In this document: piece by piece, positions 36,990 through 49,393 of the stretch
How the letters are laid out: each line of letters starts with the position of its first letter
Position numbering within the stretch: position 1 is the stretch's first letter
NCBI RefSeq assembly: GCF_000002075.1
Contig: NW_004797490.1
Coordinates: 963,013 to 1,027,012 of the forward strand
Reading direction: 5' to 3'
Length of the DNA stretch: 64,000 nucleotides
Source: Aplysia californica
Taxonomy: Eukaryota
Program-made: the position numbers and the translations under genes
The notes under the pieces: model-generated
Database searches by the model: none
What the model saw: the letters and a program-made list of their open reading frames with translations, nothing else
What the model was told of the DNA's origin: nothing

Positions 36990-38109
36990 TAATTCAACAG
37001 CCCACCAATGAGGACAACAATGTGGGGGGGGGGGGGGAAGAAACAACCATAGTCTTCTCTTTAATTTCATGGTTTGCTTTATTATGATCAAGTAAAAGGA
37101 ATATGTATCTATCTAGTGTGGACGCATACAACTGACAATGTCAATTCTACAGGGAACGATGATGGAAAAGACAGAAAAAAAAATTGGGGGGGGGGGGGGG
37201 GGGGGGGAGGGGGAGAAAAAGGGGGGGGGGGTTTTTCCCCCCCCCCCGGGATCTGTACAACGAACACACATGACTTTGTACAAACATGGTAAATTATGTA
37301 AATAATATATTAATTATATATAGTTCATTGTGTATATATTTTGGTTCACACTTTATATTGTTCCTTTTTCATTTAGCATATGATTATGTACAGATTGCTT
37401 CGGCAGGAACAAAAAACAAGAGGATCATGATCACAAAAATACAACTTCAGGAGACCGGCTTACAGAAACCATGCCAGGACCTCCATATATAGCTCAAGTC
37501 ACTGATGAACACAATAAACCAGGTCAATAAAAGCAAAACAAACAAACAAACAAAACAAATGCAAGTCCAAAAATTCTTTGTTATTATGCTTTTTGAGGGG
37601 GTAAAAGGGTGCATATCTCACTGTACTTTTTCTTCATAAGCACACAAGTCTTTCAGAGTTAACGAACACACACACTTAATAATTATAGTGGAGTCCGCTC
37701 AAACTGAAATCAGCTGGACCACTAGATTTTCTTTGCCTTAACTGAGTTTTCAGTTTATAGAAATTGCTCAAATACAGGGGGAAAAATAATCGGTATTTTA
37801 TTTTATTTTGGTTCACTGCTGTTTTCCGTTTATGCGGACTTCACTGTATTTTCTTTTTCAGTCACAACATCTACAAAATATGGCAGGTTCTACCTTTCCT
37901 GCAGGGTAAGAGGAAAATAAAAATGAAAAAGAAAATGACAGATATTCAGTGTGATGTTTCAGGTTTTTGTAAAAATAAAACATAATGACTATCCTGTGGA
38001 GAAGAAGAATAAACATTTTCGATCATGTACATGAGAAATTAATCTTTTAGACCATTTTTGCCTTTTTTTCTCAATTGAATGCTTGAAGTCAGATTGACAG
38101 ACTGGGAGA

Positions 38110-38288
38110 TTTTTCGGTTTAGTAAGTTTTACAGCACATGCAACACATAGGCCATAAAAGTGCGGCAGATTAGAGATGTTACAAGAGAGTCAGTCACATT
38201 AAAAGAAAAGAAGCAGAAAAGATAAAGATGATAAATGTTTGACAGAAAAGAAGAAGCAAACCGCACCACAGCACCCACTAGCCACCCA
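38110..38288 (-). mobile_element. Family B retroposon (diverged)
   Basis: tagtaagttttacagcac...gcaaaccgcaccacagcacccactagccaccca. Confidence 0.7.
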
Positions 38289-39437
38289 TAGAATGTGACA
38301 ATCTATGGTAGGCTGTTCGACATAAAACAATTTTGTCCTTATGCAGTTCAATTACTGCCAACATTGTGCCCTGGCATTCCAAATTCAGTCTACATATTAT
38401 TTTTCAGACTATATGCTATACATATAACCTTTCCACTAGATTTTGGACTCATTTCATTTCACAGACTCCTACATTTTAGTTAGACTGTCTGGTTCTGACA
38501 GAGAGTGCTCACATTTAGGGAAACGGGAGAAGGGAAGTGGCTTGGAGGAAAGGCTGGTCTACTTTTAAAGCCGATGGGAATACATATTAAAGAGACTTAT
38601 ATCTACAGGCATGTAAAAACAGTAACTTCAAGCAACACATGACACTAGGTTATGCTGATCCTTCCCTTCTGTTTTGACCCCAGATGTGCCACCCACAAAA
38701 AGTTTTGGTTCTCAGCTAGATCAAGCTCTCTCTGTCTCTCTCTCCTGAGAGATCAATAGACAAGAGATACAACAAATATCCTATGGTCAGTCTACACCAG
38801 GCTAAAAAAAATACATGACCAGATGGCAGCCATAAAACTGCCCCCTAAGGTGAAACTTTTCAGCATTCTGATGATGCTTCACCAAAATCAGATATGATTA
38901 CTTTTACTTCCGTTCAATTTCAAATTATTCAACAATTTGTTTCGATACATTTCAAAATCATTTTGATAGAGCATCGTCTTGGAATGTACCACCAGACCAG
39001 CTCTAATTTATACTAAAATTAAAAAGTGTTACACTTCCTGGTTTTGGTAAAAACAATGTGCTTAGCATTCATCTCAAGCGCTTGTACACTTTGGCTATAT
39101 GTTACAAATCATTGTGGGGAGCTTGAAATTGTAAAAAGTTTTTTTAAGGTAGTTCTCGAAGGTGAAACATTCACGAGCTGGAGTTTCACAACCCAGAAAG
39201 TGTCAGTACTTAACGGCCTGCTATACACACATATTGCTACCTATAAGAAGTGTCTACAACCATCACATAAAGTAACCCTTGTTTTTTATTTTTAGCAGTG
39301 ATTAAAAATCACAACTTCAACAGCATTCACAAGTAATAAGGGCAGAACTGAAACAACACGCCCCCTTCCACAACACTACAATCTTGCAAAATACTCCCCG
39401 TGAATGACCAATAAGAACTTCCAATATATCCAGATAG

Positions 39438-40195
39438 TAGAGTTGGGGCGAGCGGACGGACGGGTTCGTTACTCGCGGACTCAGTCAGAGCAAACGGGTA
39501 ACGGACGGCCATGAGAGCGAACTGCGAACCTCAAGACAGTTCGTTTTTTGGGTCCGCTCCACAATTTGACTCTCTCAGGGAGTGGACTGCGGACCTCAAG
39601 CCTCAAGTCAGTTCGTTTTTTGGGTCCGCTCCACAATTTTATTCACTGGGCGGGCGGGCGAACGGACGAACTCTAGCAGACGAGATACTCGACACGAGAT
39701 TAGATCCATCGTCTATTGTTTGTTAATTAGGCCTGATGTTTCAAACCACAGGGAGTGAGAGAGGCTGGTGACGTAGTACTATGTGTGTAACCTTTCACCT
39801 CGTGTGTGGGGCACACTATGTACGTTCCTATTATCGCAAAGGCCGGGGGCCGGGGAGGGGGGGATTTCCGCCGTGAACGCCTTGCTACAATGTGAGGCAG
39901 GAGGGTGATTTTTTAAAATTTTTTTTTTTTTTGGGTGGGGGTTGTAAGTTGTAGGCAATGGAAGGAGTCGTTCCCGTCCGTCCGCCCACCCGCTCGAATG
40001 CATGGAGTCTCTCGGTCCGCCCGTCCGCTCGCTCGCTAAACGAACTGTTGTCTCTGCACGATGTGTAGCGAGTAACGAGTAGCGAACTACTCTTCACAAA
40101 CGGACGGTTCGTTACCTGTCCGCTCGTTTGCGGGTAGTGCCAGCGGGTAGTTCGTTATCCGCGGACGCTAATTTTGCGAGCCCAACCCAAACCTA
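39438..40195. mobile_element. hAT-superfamily non-autonomous element
   Basis: TAG...CTA termini (tagagttggg / cccaaaccta). 8-bp TSD ccagatag at 39430-39437 and 40196-40203. Subterminal gcggacggacg-type repeats. Confidence 0.85.
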
Positions 40196-43100
40196 CCAGA
40201 TAGTGACAAATATATTACAGCAGTATTGAAGAGAGCCCTTTATGTTGTGCAAATGTATCTTTAAGTCTTATGGGCAACACACATACAGATTACCGCATAA
40301 TGTGTAAAATACTAATTGTCACAGCATGAGACAAACCACACATCTGCCATCTTATTTCCATAAAGCCATTTACTACCACTTTCAAATAATGATAATATGC
40401 AGGTTACCTTTCTTTCTAAACGTTTTGGCATCTACAAAACTAACTAACTTCCTGATATGATCTGAAAATAATGGCACAGCTAGAAAGGTATAAAGCAGCA
40501 ATTGTACCTCATGACAAGCCATCATATATATAATATAAGCACTTCAAAGATAGATCACCAAGTACAACCAAAAAAATTCCTACAAAAAAGTACCTTAGCT
40601 CAAGCATTTTTCACTTGGGGCAGTAATGCAGCATAATGCTGGTCATGAAAATCACCACACAGACAACCACTACTTAAACAAGGAAGGGTTTGTGTGTGAG
40701 AGTGCGTGTGCCTATGGAATTAGTGGTTAAAGGAGAACTCAGTACTAGAAAGACAGAAACATATATCATTGGTGTACGACTCTAACCATGTATCTGCCAA
40801 ATTAGCCCAAACAGGTTTCTTGGGGAGGTGGGGATTTCTCCATTATCTTCCAGAATCTCTCAAGAGTATTCCCTTTACATATTTATGGTATCACTTATTG
40901 CAATTACGGTGGCCAATAACATAATTTCAAACAAAAGAAGTGTTAGACCTAATTAAGCAGACACACAATTGAAATTGACACAGACGACAATAAATAAACA
41001 GATTACTCAGCTGCTTTAAAACAACATAGGCCCAGCGTGTGTCAGAGAAGGAGGTTAACAACTCCACACAATCGATTTCTTACTACCAAGGGCAAGAAAT
41101 CAATGTGCAGCTACGTCGTAACATCCTTTATTGACACGAGTTGGTCCTTGTCATCAGCAAAAAATAAAAATATAATCGAGTAATCCATTTAAAATTCAGC
41201 CATTGTCGGTAACATGGACAAAACCTCTTAAACATCTTTAAAAAACAAAAGTCAGACGATGGAAAGTCGAGAAAGATTGATGACAAGCAAGACTTCAACT
41301 TCAAGCCAGTAGATTGAGACACAAGGTATATATACGCATTCCTAAATAAAATCACAAATCGTAGCCACTTTTTTTGCAGCTGGGCAAATTCACAGCCTTA
41401 AATTACAGAAAGATACATTCCATTAAAAAATGTTGACAATTTGTAAAACGTAAATTTTCAGCGTATTTACAATAAACTGAGTACAATAAGTACAACAATG
41501 CTGATGGTTAAATACCACATAGACAAAAACTGAACATGTATAGGGTATAGATTATGTAAAACAACAATATTAGTAAAGTAGTTTTCTTCCAGAGCAGGAA
41601 TAAGGGACCGTTAACTCTACTGTTCCAAAATAATCTCTTAGTCTACTTGTGACATAACAGCAATCGTAAAAACAGGTATATACACACGCGATAGAAAAAA
41701 CTTGGTTATAAGGACGTAAAAGCAGTCCTATTTTTGTGGTTTTCAAGCTGCAATATTCACAGCGACTTCGGCTTGTGTGATAAACTGAAAACAAAACTTG
41801 TTCTTAATCACTTTGTCATGCCTTTATCAGAAAAAGGTATGAAAAAGATCTCAAATCAAATAATGACTGAAAGAAATTTGTTCGCAAAATTAAAAAGCAT
41901 TTCAATGGTTAGTAATGTGTTTGTTCTCTCATGATGGGACGGAAGGAGAGAAAAAAAGACAAAGATAATAAAATCAAGCACCCCCGCCCCTCTCCCCTCT
42001 TTTGCTAATTTAGCTCCTTTCAATGAACTGACCTCCCAATCCTTTAAAAAAAAGAGAAGAAAATACTGAACAACATACGGCATAAGGACAGAACCCACAC
42101 ACATATCAGATCTGACCGTAGCCGCCCACAACAGTCTGTAGTTTTAAGTTTTAGTTGGATCAAACGAGATTTCTGAGGGGGTTTTTTTCCTTCCCAGTTT
42201 TCAGTTAGGTAGTTTTATGGTGCTTGTAACTGCATATAAGGTCATATGAGCATGCGGGACGCAAGTTCGTTGTTTTCACGTTAGTTCACAGGACATCTTT
42301 GCAAGTCAGTATTTAGACTTCTGGGAATGTCATGGCTGCCCCAAAATTTCATGCCAATGATGCCATCCAAAGGTATGAACAACAAAGAAGCTGTCCTCAT
42401 ACCAGAACTAAAATTTTGAAACGTCAGGCAACTCAGCATACAGTGCCTCAATCATATTGGCACTGCAGCATAACCTCATGGCATTTTAATGACCAAATCT
42501 GTGTTGATGGTGTCGTAAAACACCTACTCAATCAAAAGCATAACCTAAGAAAAGATTAACAAATCACGACCTCAGTGCTTTCTTGTCCTATCTCCATTTT
42601 TAGTAACAGTGAAAACAGTTCATTACAAAGAGTGAGCTTTAGAAGAAGTCATATTTTCAATGTTTAAAAAAATGGAGATAGGACAAAAAAGCACTGAAAT
42701 AGCAAAATGGCTGATGAAAGAACCGATGACTAAAGGACTGCAGTTGAAAGATTTAAAAATCAAAAGTTGAACTTCGGAAATTGGTGCTTATTTTTCCGTG
42801 TTATTGATTGAAACTCTATAAAAAGTGCGTAAATAGGGAAATTATTTCATTTTATGCAACTTTAATTATGCATATTTTACAGTACTACAGAAGTAGTCTG
42901 AAAGATAATGTAGAAACTTCAAAACAGTGCAATAATACTTTCCCTGAATCTTCCTCACAAACCTTATACACACCGATAAAGCCTTCAACACTAGCTCTAT
43001 GAACAGGATATGTAAAGAACGACTACAAGTTATTTTCACTTTCAGAATTTTTCAAGAGGAAAAGACATACACCAATATCTACTCAAGTAAAGAGAAATAG

Positions 43101-45531
43101 CACTCAGTGGATAATACATTCAGGCTTGCATTGGACCCACTTTTTGAAGGATACAGCTTTTACACCCCCCCCCCCCCCCCCCCGGCGCAGTTATCTCTAA
43201 GACTTTCCCCAAGAGGCAAGAAGAGTACATTATAAGGAGTCTAAAATTTAAGAACATATTTGCATGGTCTGTCAAGAGCCACAGAAAAAGTTCCAAGATT
43301 GCATAATCACTGCATGCACAGACCAATTTGATGGGACAGTTCAACCCATGATCTCCCTGTGCAAGATCCCAATGGGGGGGGGGTCAAACCTGTTGATTCC
43401 AAAGAAAGGGAAATCATAAGAAAACAGAAAACAATCTTTTCCCACTCACTATGTCCGAAAACCTGTTTGTAGCACACTACGCATTTACCTGACTCTAAAT
43501 GTGGAAACTACTTTTCCTCCTGAGTCCGGAGACTAGAAATTGTGCCAGCCCTATCTTCCTACTTTGTACAATGGCACGAAACAACTGTTTACAATATTCA
43601 TGATTACCATCTGAGCCTATGGATCATGGTGGAGGAGATGTCAATACAAAGTTAGTTCAACAGAACCTTGCAGAATGGAGCACACAGACCAGAACTGTGA
43701 GGAAACAAACAGCTACTAAAAGTAACAGCTGGCAACTCTAGCGAGATATACAAACAGACGAGAAATCCTTGGTACAATTTGTAAACCTTGTCAGGGTCCC
43801 AGGATAAAGAATACAGACTATCGACACTGAAGTACTATTTCTATTCGTCTCAATCACTATGCTGCCAAATGGCTATTTACAAGGTACCTACTCTCTATTT
43901 TCATCTCATCAACATTTTTTTTCGTTTTGGTCTCATACAACAAAAAAACCTGTCTGTGCTTCTTTCTGCACACTCTAACAAAGTCAAAACTTTGTTCAAC
44001 ACTTGAAGGTAATGAAACTTGCTGGTCATAATCATGACTGTGCATCAATACTTTACCCAGACTTGTTTCGGTCAATAAAAAAGGGCCAGTCATACAAAAG
44101 TAGAAACTAGAAATATATATGTATATATATATATAATTTATAACTAAATATAATTGACACGATAACTGAAGAGATCACAATCCCCAAACACAAATAAGAA
44201 CAAACCCTTCCCAATCCCAAATGTGACCAATGTATACTACAACACTATGTCCAGGGTATAAAATAATTTCTCAACTCCTACATATCACATATTGTTATGC
44301 CAATAATCCCTAAAAAAGAACGTCTAAAAATAAGAAAACACATTTCTTGTGCTTTCAATGTGGAGAAGAAACACAACCAAAAATACTTAAAACTAATTAA
44401 TCAATCACCTTAATATTAATATGTACAATAGCACAAAAATAAAACAACCAAAATCAATGGTAATGGGTATAGAACACGCAGCAAAGACTATAATCTCGGA
44501 CTGATACTGTACTCACCAAATATGGGGAAATGTCAACACGTTTAGTTTCCCTGTACTCATGAAATGGATAATGAAACTGAAAATGGTCTGTACAAGGAAA
44601 TATTTTACAGCTATTCAACCATGGTACGTGCCTTTTCTGTACAACTTTGAAATAGTGCCACACTGCTCCTACAAAAGCACAAAGACGTACACATAAAGTG
44701 TGATTTCCACTTTGAAGACTTCAACTGTTAAAAATCCAGAAAAATTAGTTTTACTTCACTATCAAAGGGTAAAATCAAAAGCAACTAGTACTAGAAGACG
44801 AAAAATCTTTGTCAAAAGCAAGACTGCTCCGAGGGACAAAGGTACAGACACACAGTACAGCAATCATGATGATGTACTCTCAGAACTAATGAGCCAATAA
44901 AGCCAATCCTAACATGGTACCACTGTCATTTATGGAGAGAATATATACACTTAAATCTACCTGGGATTACAGTGTTGCATTCATTTTGTGGTGCACCAAA
45001 AAAAACAACCCAACAACAACCAAACAACAAATGACCACAGCAGGAAACCTATCTGGGACTATAGAAGATAATTGGGACAACGCCTCAAGGGGGAATCACA
45101 AACAATAATACAATGCCTTACAGAGCTTCTGCCCATGCACATAAATACATGCAAGCAAGTACACTGGCTGCCTGACAAAGTAGAACATGGAATCACTCAC
45201 GATATAATATGCAGCACAGCAGCCAGCTCTAAGTTGGTAAGAGAATGAAGAAGCAGAACGGTTTTTTTTTACAAAGTGTTACTGTTCAAAGCAAATTTAC
45301 AACTTTTGCTTTGTGCAAATCCATTTTAACATTCAAATATTCACAGCATACAAAATTTGATATAAGTACAGAAATGGCGTTCTTAATGCATGATTCTCAG
45401 CTACCAAAGAAAAAGATTTAATTTTCCTCAGCTTTGATGGGACTTGCAGTAGCTGATATAAAATATTTTAAAAATCAATTAGGAATTTTATTCAGCCAAT
45501 AGTGGTTGTGATGAAACTAACAGAACATATC

Positions 45532-45784
45532 CATGGCAGAGCGCAAGAAGTGACTATTTCCACTTTTGGTCAAAATGGAGTAATTGAGGTGGGTAGTGAT
45601 ATTTTCAGCAGCTCTTTTACCTCTGTAAATATCGAAGCTGTAGCTTAATTCGGCATCAAGATATTAATGCTTCTTTTTTTTTTTTTTTTACCATATTATA
45701 GAGATTTCAATATCGTCAATATTCCAAACTCGTATTTCTCGAAACTGAAAAGTGGAATATAGTCACTTCTTGCGCTCAGCCGTG
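45532..45784. mobile_element. CAC/CAT-terminal MITE with about 36-bp TIRs (CMC/Transib-type termini)
   Basis: catggcagagcgcaagaagtgactatttccactttt versus inverted aaaagtggaatatagtcacttcttgcgctcagccgtg. TSD not preserved. Confidence 0.65.
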
Positions 45785-46853
45785 CAATATGCTCATCTGT
45801 CTTTGGGCCAATCATTTCATTACAACTGTTCAACGCTGACTGTATATCTTAGGAACACAGATTCATAATCTCATCTCCGAACTTCTTTTATGAGACAGCC
45901 ATTGAAAATATGTTCAGCACTTCAGACCTGCATAAATATGAAAATCATGGACGCTTTCAATAGATCTAGCGTATAAAGCTTTGTGTCCTTCTTCCCCTTC
46001 CCTTTTAACCCTCAGCTCCTTATTACAAATTTATATTTTAAAAATTTTCATGGGCTACCACATTTTTCAGAAGTTGCCCTCAACTTTTGAGTGTGACTTT
46101 GTTTCTTTTCCTAACCTACCCCTTGATTTCCTTTGGACAAAATGGCTTTTAAAAAATTATGGTTACCAGGAAAAGCTTATCAAGATAAACCCAAGATATA
46201 AAAATTGTATCATACTCCAGATAACTTAACTAAACAGTTCCTTTATGATAGACAATTCAATCCCTCTGACTTATCTAAAAACATGGACTTTTGCGTTTAA
46301 AGCCTTTTGTGATAGAGCCCTTCAAATGTAAATGAGAAAAGAATAAGCACTTTTTATGCATCTGAATATCTTGTAACATCAAACAATAAAAATATGTAGA
46401 AAACCATTCTACTACTGATAAGAGAATACTGACAATATTATATATTTCAATTGTGCCATATGTAGATTACCAAAACTGGCATACAAAAGAATTTTGCACA
46501 AAAACACTCAAATCGCTTCTCATCATAATAATTTCTGCTGTAGATTATGGTAATTCAGTGTGATAACACCCATATTCTGCCAGGGATAGATTTGGGCAAA
46601 AGAACAGTGTAAAAAATAAAGGCAGAACACACCATAGCAGCAACCACCAACAACCTTCAGGCTACTCTCATCCCACTATCAGAAATACATTTCTCCCCCC
46701 CCATAAAATCCTCGTTCTGTTGATACTGATATTATATAAGTTAGAACGCCGGAGGTAAACAGGAGTGTGATCAGGAGTAAGGGAAAATGCTGTGTAGATT
46801 GACACATAAGTACACAAGGAAACCCAACCGGGCTTTAAAAACTTCTCATAGTA

Positions 46854-47038
46854 CAGTCGAACCTGTTAAAACCGTATAAGACAATCATAATACAGATGGC
46901 AACTTCCCATTTCCGGACTGAACCCCTTGTGATTTTTTCTTTTATACATTTATACTAACACTGTGTAAGACATCCACCTGTCTAAGACGACTGCTTTTCT
47001 CCTCGGCAATGGATGGTTGTCATAGACAAGTTTGACTG
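46854..47038. mobile_element. pogo/Tigger-like Tc1-mariner MITE
   Basis: TA|cagtcgaacctgt ... acaagtttgactg termini. Confidence 0.6.
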
Positions 47039-49393
47039 TTGTCAAACACATACTTTTACAAAAACTTACAATAGCAAAGCAATCTCATGGACAGTTACAA
47101 TTATTATAAATCCCCAAGCAGCAGAGCTTTTGCCCTTCTGTTTATCCAAGGGACAAAATACTATTGCATGGTTTTACAAGAAAGAACAATTTCAAAGCTG
47201 TATCATGAGGCCATAAGAATCATTTTGAAGACCTTAAATAAGCCTCTTACAATCACAAGAACAAAAAGACTGAAAACATGGCTAATCTCTGTCTCTGACA
47301 AAATTGCAATAATTTGTAACAGGTGAATTTATTTAGGTGGCAAAGTAAAATAGCATCTATCACTTCCACACAGCATGTGAAGTATAATTACCAGTCATTT
47401 TTACAAATTTGTGAGGAATATGAACTCAACCACTTTTAGAAATCGAAAGAGGTTAAAAATTTAAACCCTAAAAAATCAAATTTTCTAACCTAAAGCAAAG
47501 TGTATGGAGGGAGGCTAATAAAATAAAAATTGAGAGCACATTGCATATAATCAATTATTTTGTTGCAAAACAAAACAACAATCCTGTTACACCCTGCATA
47601 GATAGGCAGTCCCCTCCCTGCATTTTCCTAATACTGGGGGGGAAAAAAAACACTTTATTTTATCGCATAACAAAGAATTATCAGCAGAAAACTAGGAAAT
47701 TCCCATACTAGTGGTGAAACAGGAGCAGTAGGAAGACAAGGCCATTTCACTCAAGTCAGGAGATGCACCTTAATTAGAAAATGAGTACAGAACACGTTGT
47801 ACAATTAGCCCCCCCCCCCCCCCCCCAAAAGAAAGCAGGAAGACAACAGCAGACATCAAACACAACAATTGCCAATTATATATGTTGTATATTTACAAAG
47901 ATTTGTGTGAAAATAATATTCTCTTACAAAACAAGAAATCTTACTATTCCATTCCCCTGCTCCTGTGCTGCCTTGCAATAAATCTGTAGATGTGTTACTG
48001 GGAGACTTGCTAACTGAGTAACTCTCTTTTCTGGAAAAAAGAATCACTTTTGAGTTGCCTGATCTAATTCATAAGTGAAAATTTCGTCCGACCCTCCCCT
48101 CCTCCCCCAAATCTGTACCACCCCCTTTTTTTTTGACAGAGCAAAAAACGCCCCCCCCCCCGTCCTCACAGGCATATCCACTCAGTGAAAGTCATGCTTC
48201 AATAACTATGGCACTGATTGTCTCTCACATAATTTTCTCAAAACATTTCAGGACATACATTTTATAGTGCTCTTCAATTCAGAATCTTTTCCACAAACTA
48301 CAATTTCTGCTGAACCCTGCACTGTTAAAGAAAGAAAAAAATAATAACGAACAACTGTCAGCAAGACAGAAAGCTTGTGAGGAATCTGTACTACACAATT
48401 CTCCTGAAAATCATTAAATCATATAAGTGAGGAAAAAAAACCCAAAATCCCATAAAATCAAAATAACAATACAAATATATGGACATAAACATGGATTTCA
48501 ACTACATTGGCACAAAAAAGAAAAGTTTCTGGAACTGTTTTACAGCAATGTTTATCTTTGGCATTATGCACATCAGTGGCTGTGAACGCCTATGAATGAC
48601 AAGCTTGAAACAATTTTTCATTTATGTTTTTCTTATTATTTCATAACTTTAACACAAACTACAAACTATTGTTCTCTTATAATAAAAAAAATCCCCGTGA
48701 TGTAGTTTAAGAGACCCTTGAAGAAAGACAAACCTCAATACTTGCATACCCTTGACAAAAATCCCAATTAACTCAAATGCTCACTGTCAATAAAAGCATG
48801 CTATCATAATCATAAGGTAACATTCAGCCCTTGCAATCAATTCATTATGAAGAATAGCTATGGTACCTACAAATTATGCCACACATCCATTACAGATAGA
48901 CTTCCAAAACAAGGGGCATCTATGAAAGGAAAAATGACTGCAAAGGCGCAGACCTATCCAATTTCGGGTACATGTGTGCATTTTTAAGAGCACTGCTTCA
49001 CTTAGTTGTGTTTAAAACACAGTTATCTCTCTATATGGCAAAATGCTTCACATGAACCACAAACACTGCACTGCTACACTCTTGCATAGGAAGCTGTGAG
49101 AGCTCAGTTTGATATTTTATTACTGTGTTCAAGGGATGATGTTTATGGTCATGGAGTTTATAGCAAGTCACCAAAATTCACAATGGCTGTGCAACTGCAT
49201 CGATAGAAACTGACATTAGCAACTGCAAGTAAAGCACGCTGCAATAACGATCTTACATCTATTTGTCTGAAAACCTGGAGGTGTCAATTCAGCACTGCAG
49301 CACTGGCTTCAGCACAAAAAGCTACAAACCGCCATCACACAGTGGCAGCATCAGCCCTCACTGCTTTGGAAGTGGAGATGGAGAAAAACCTAT

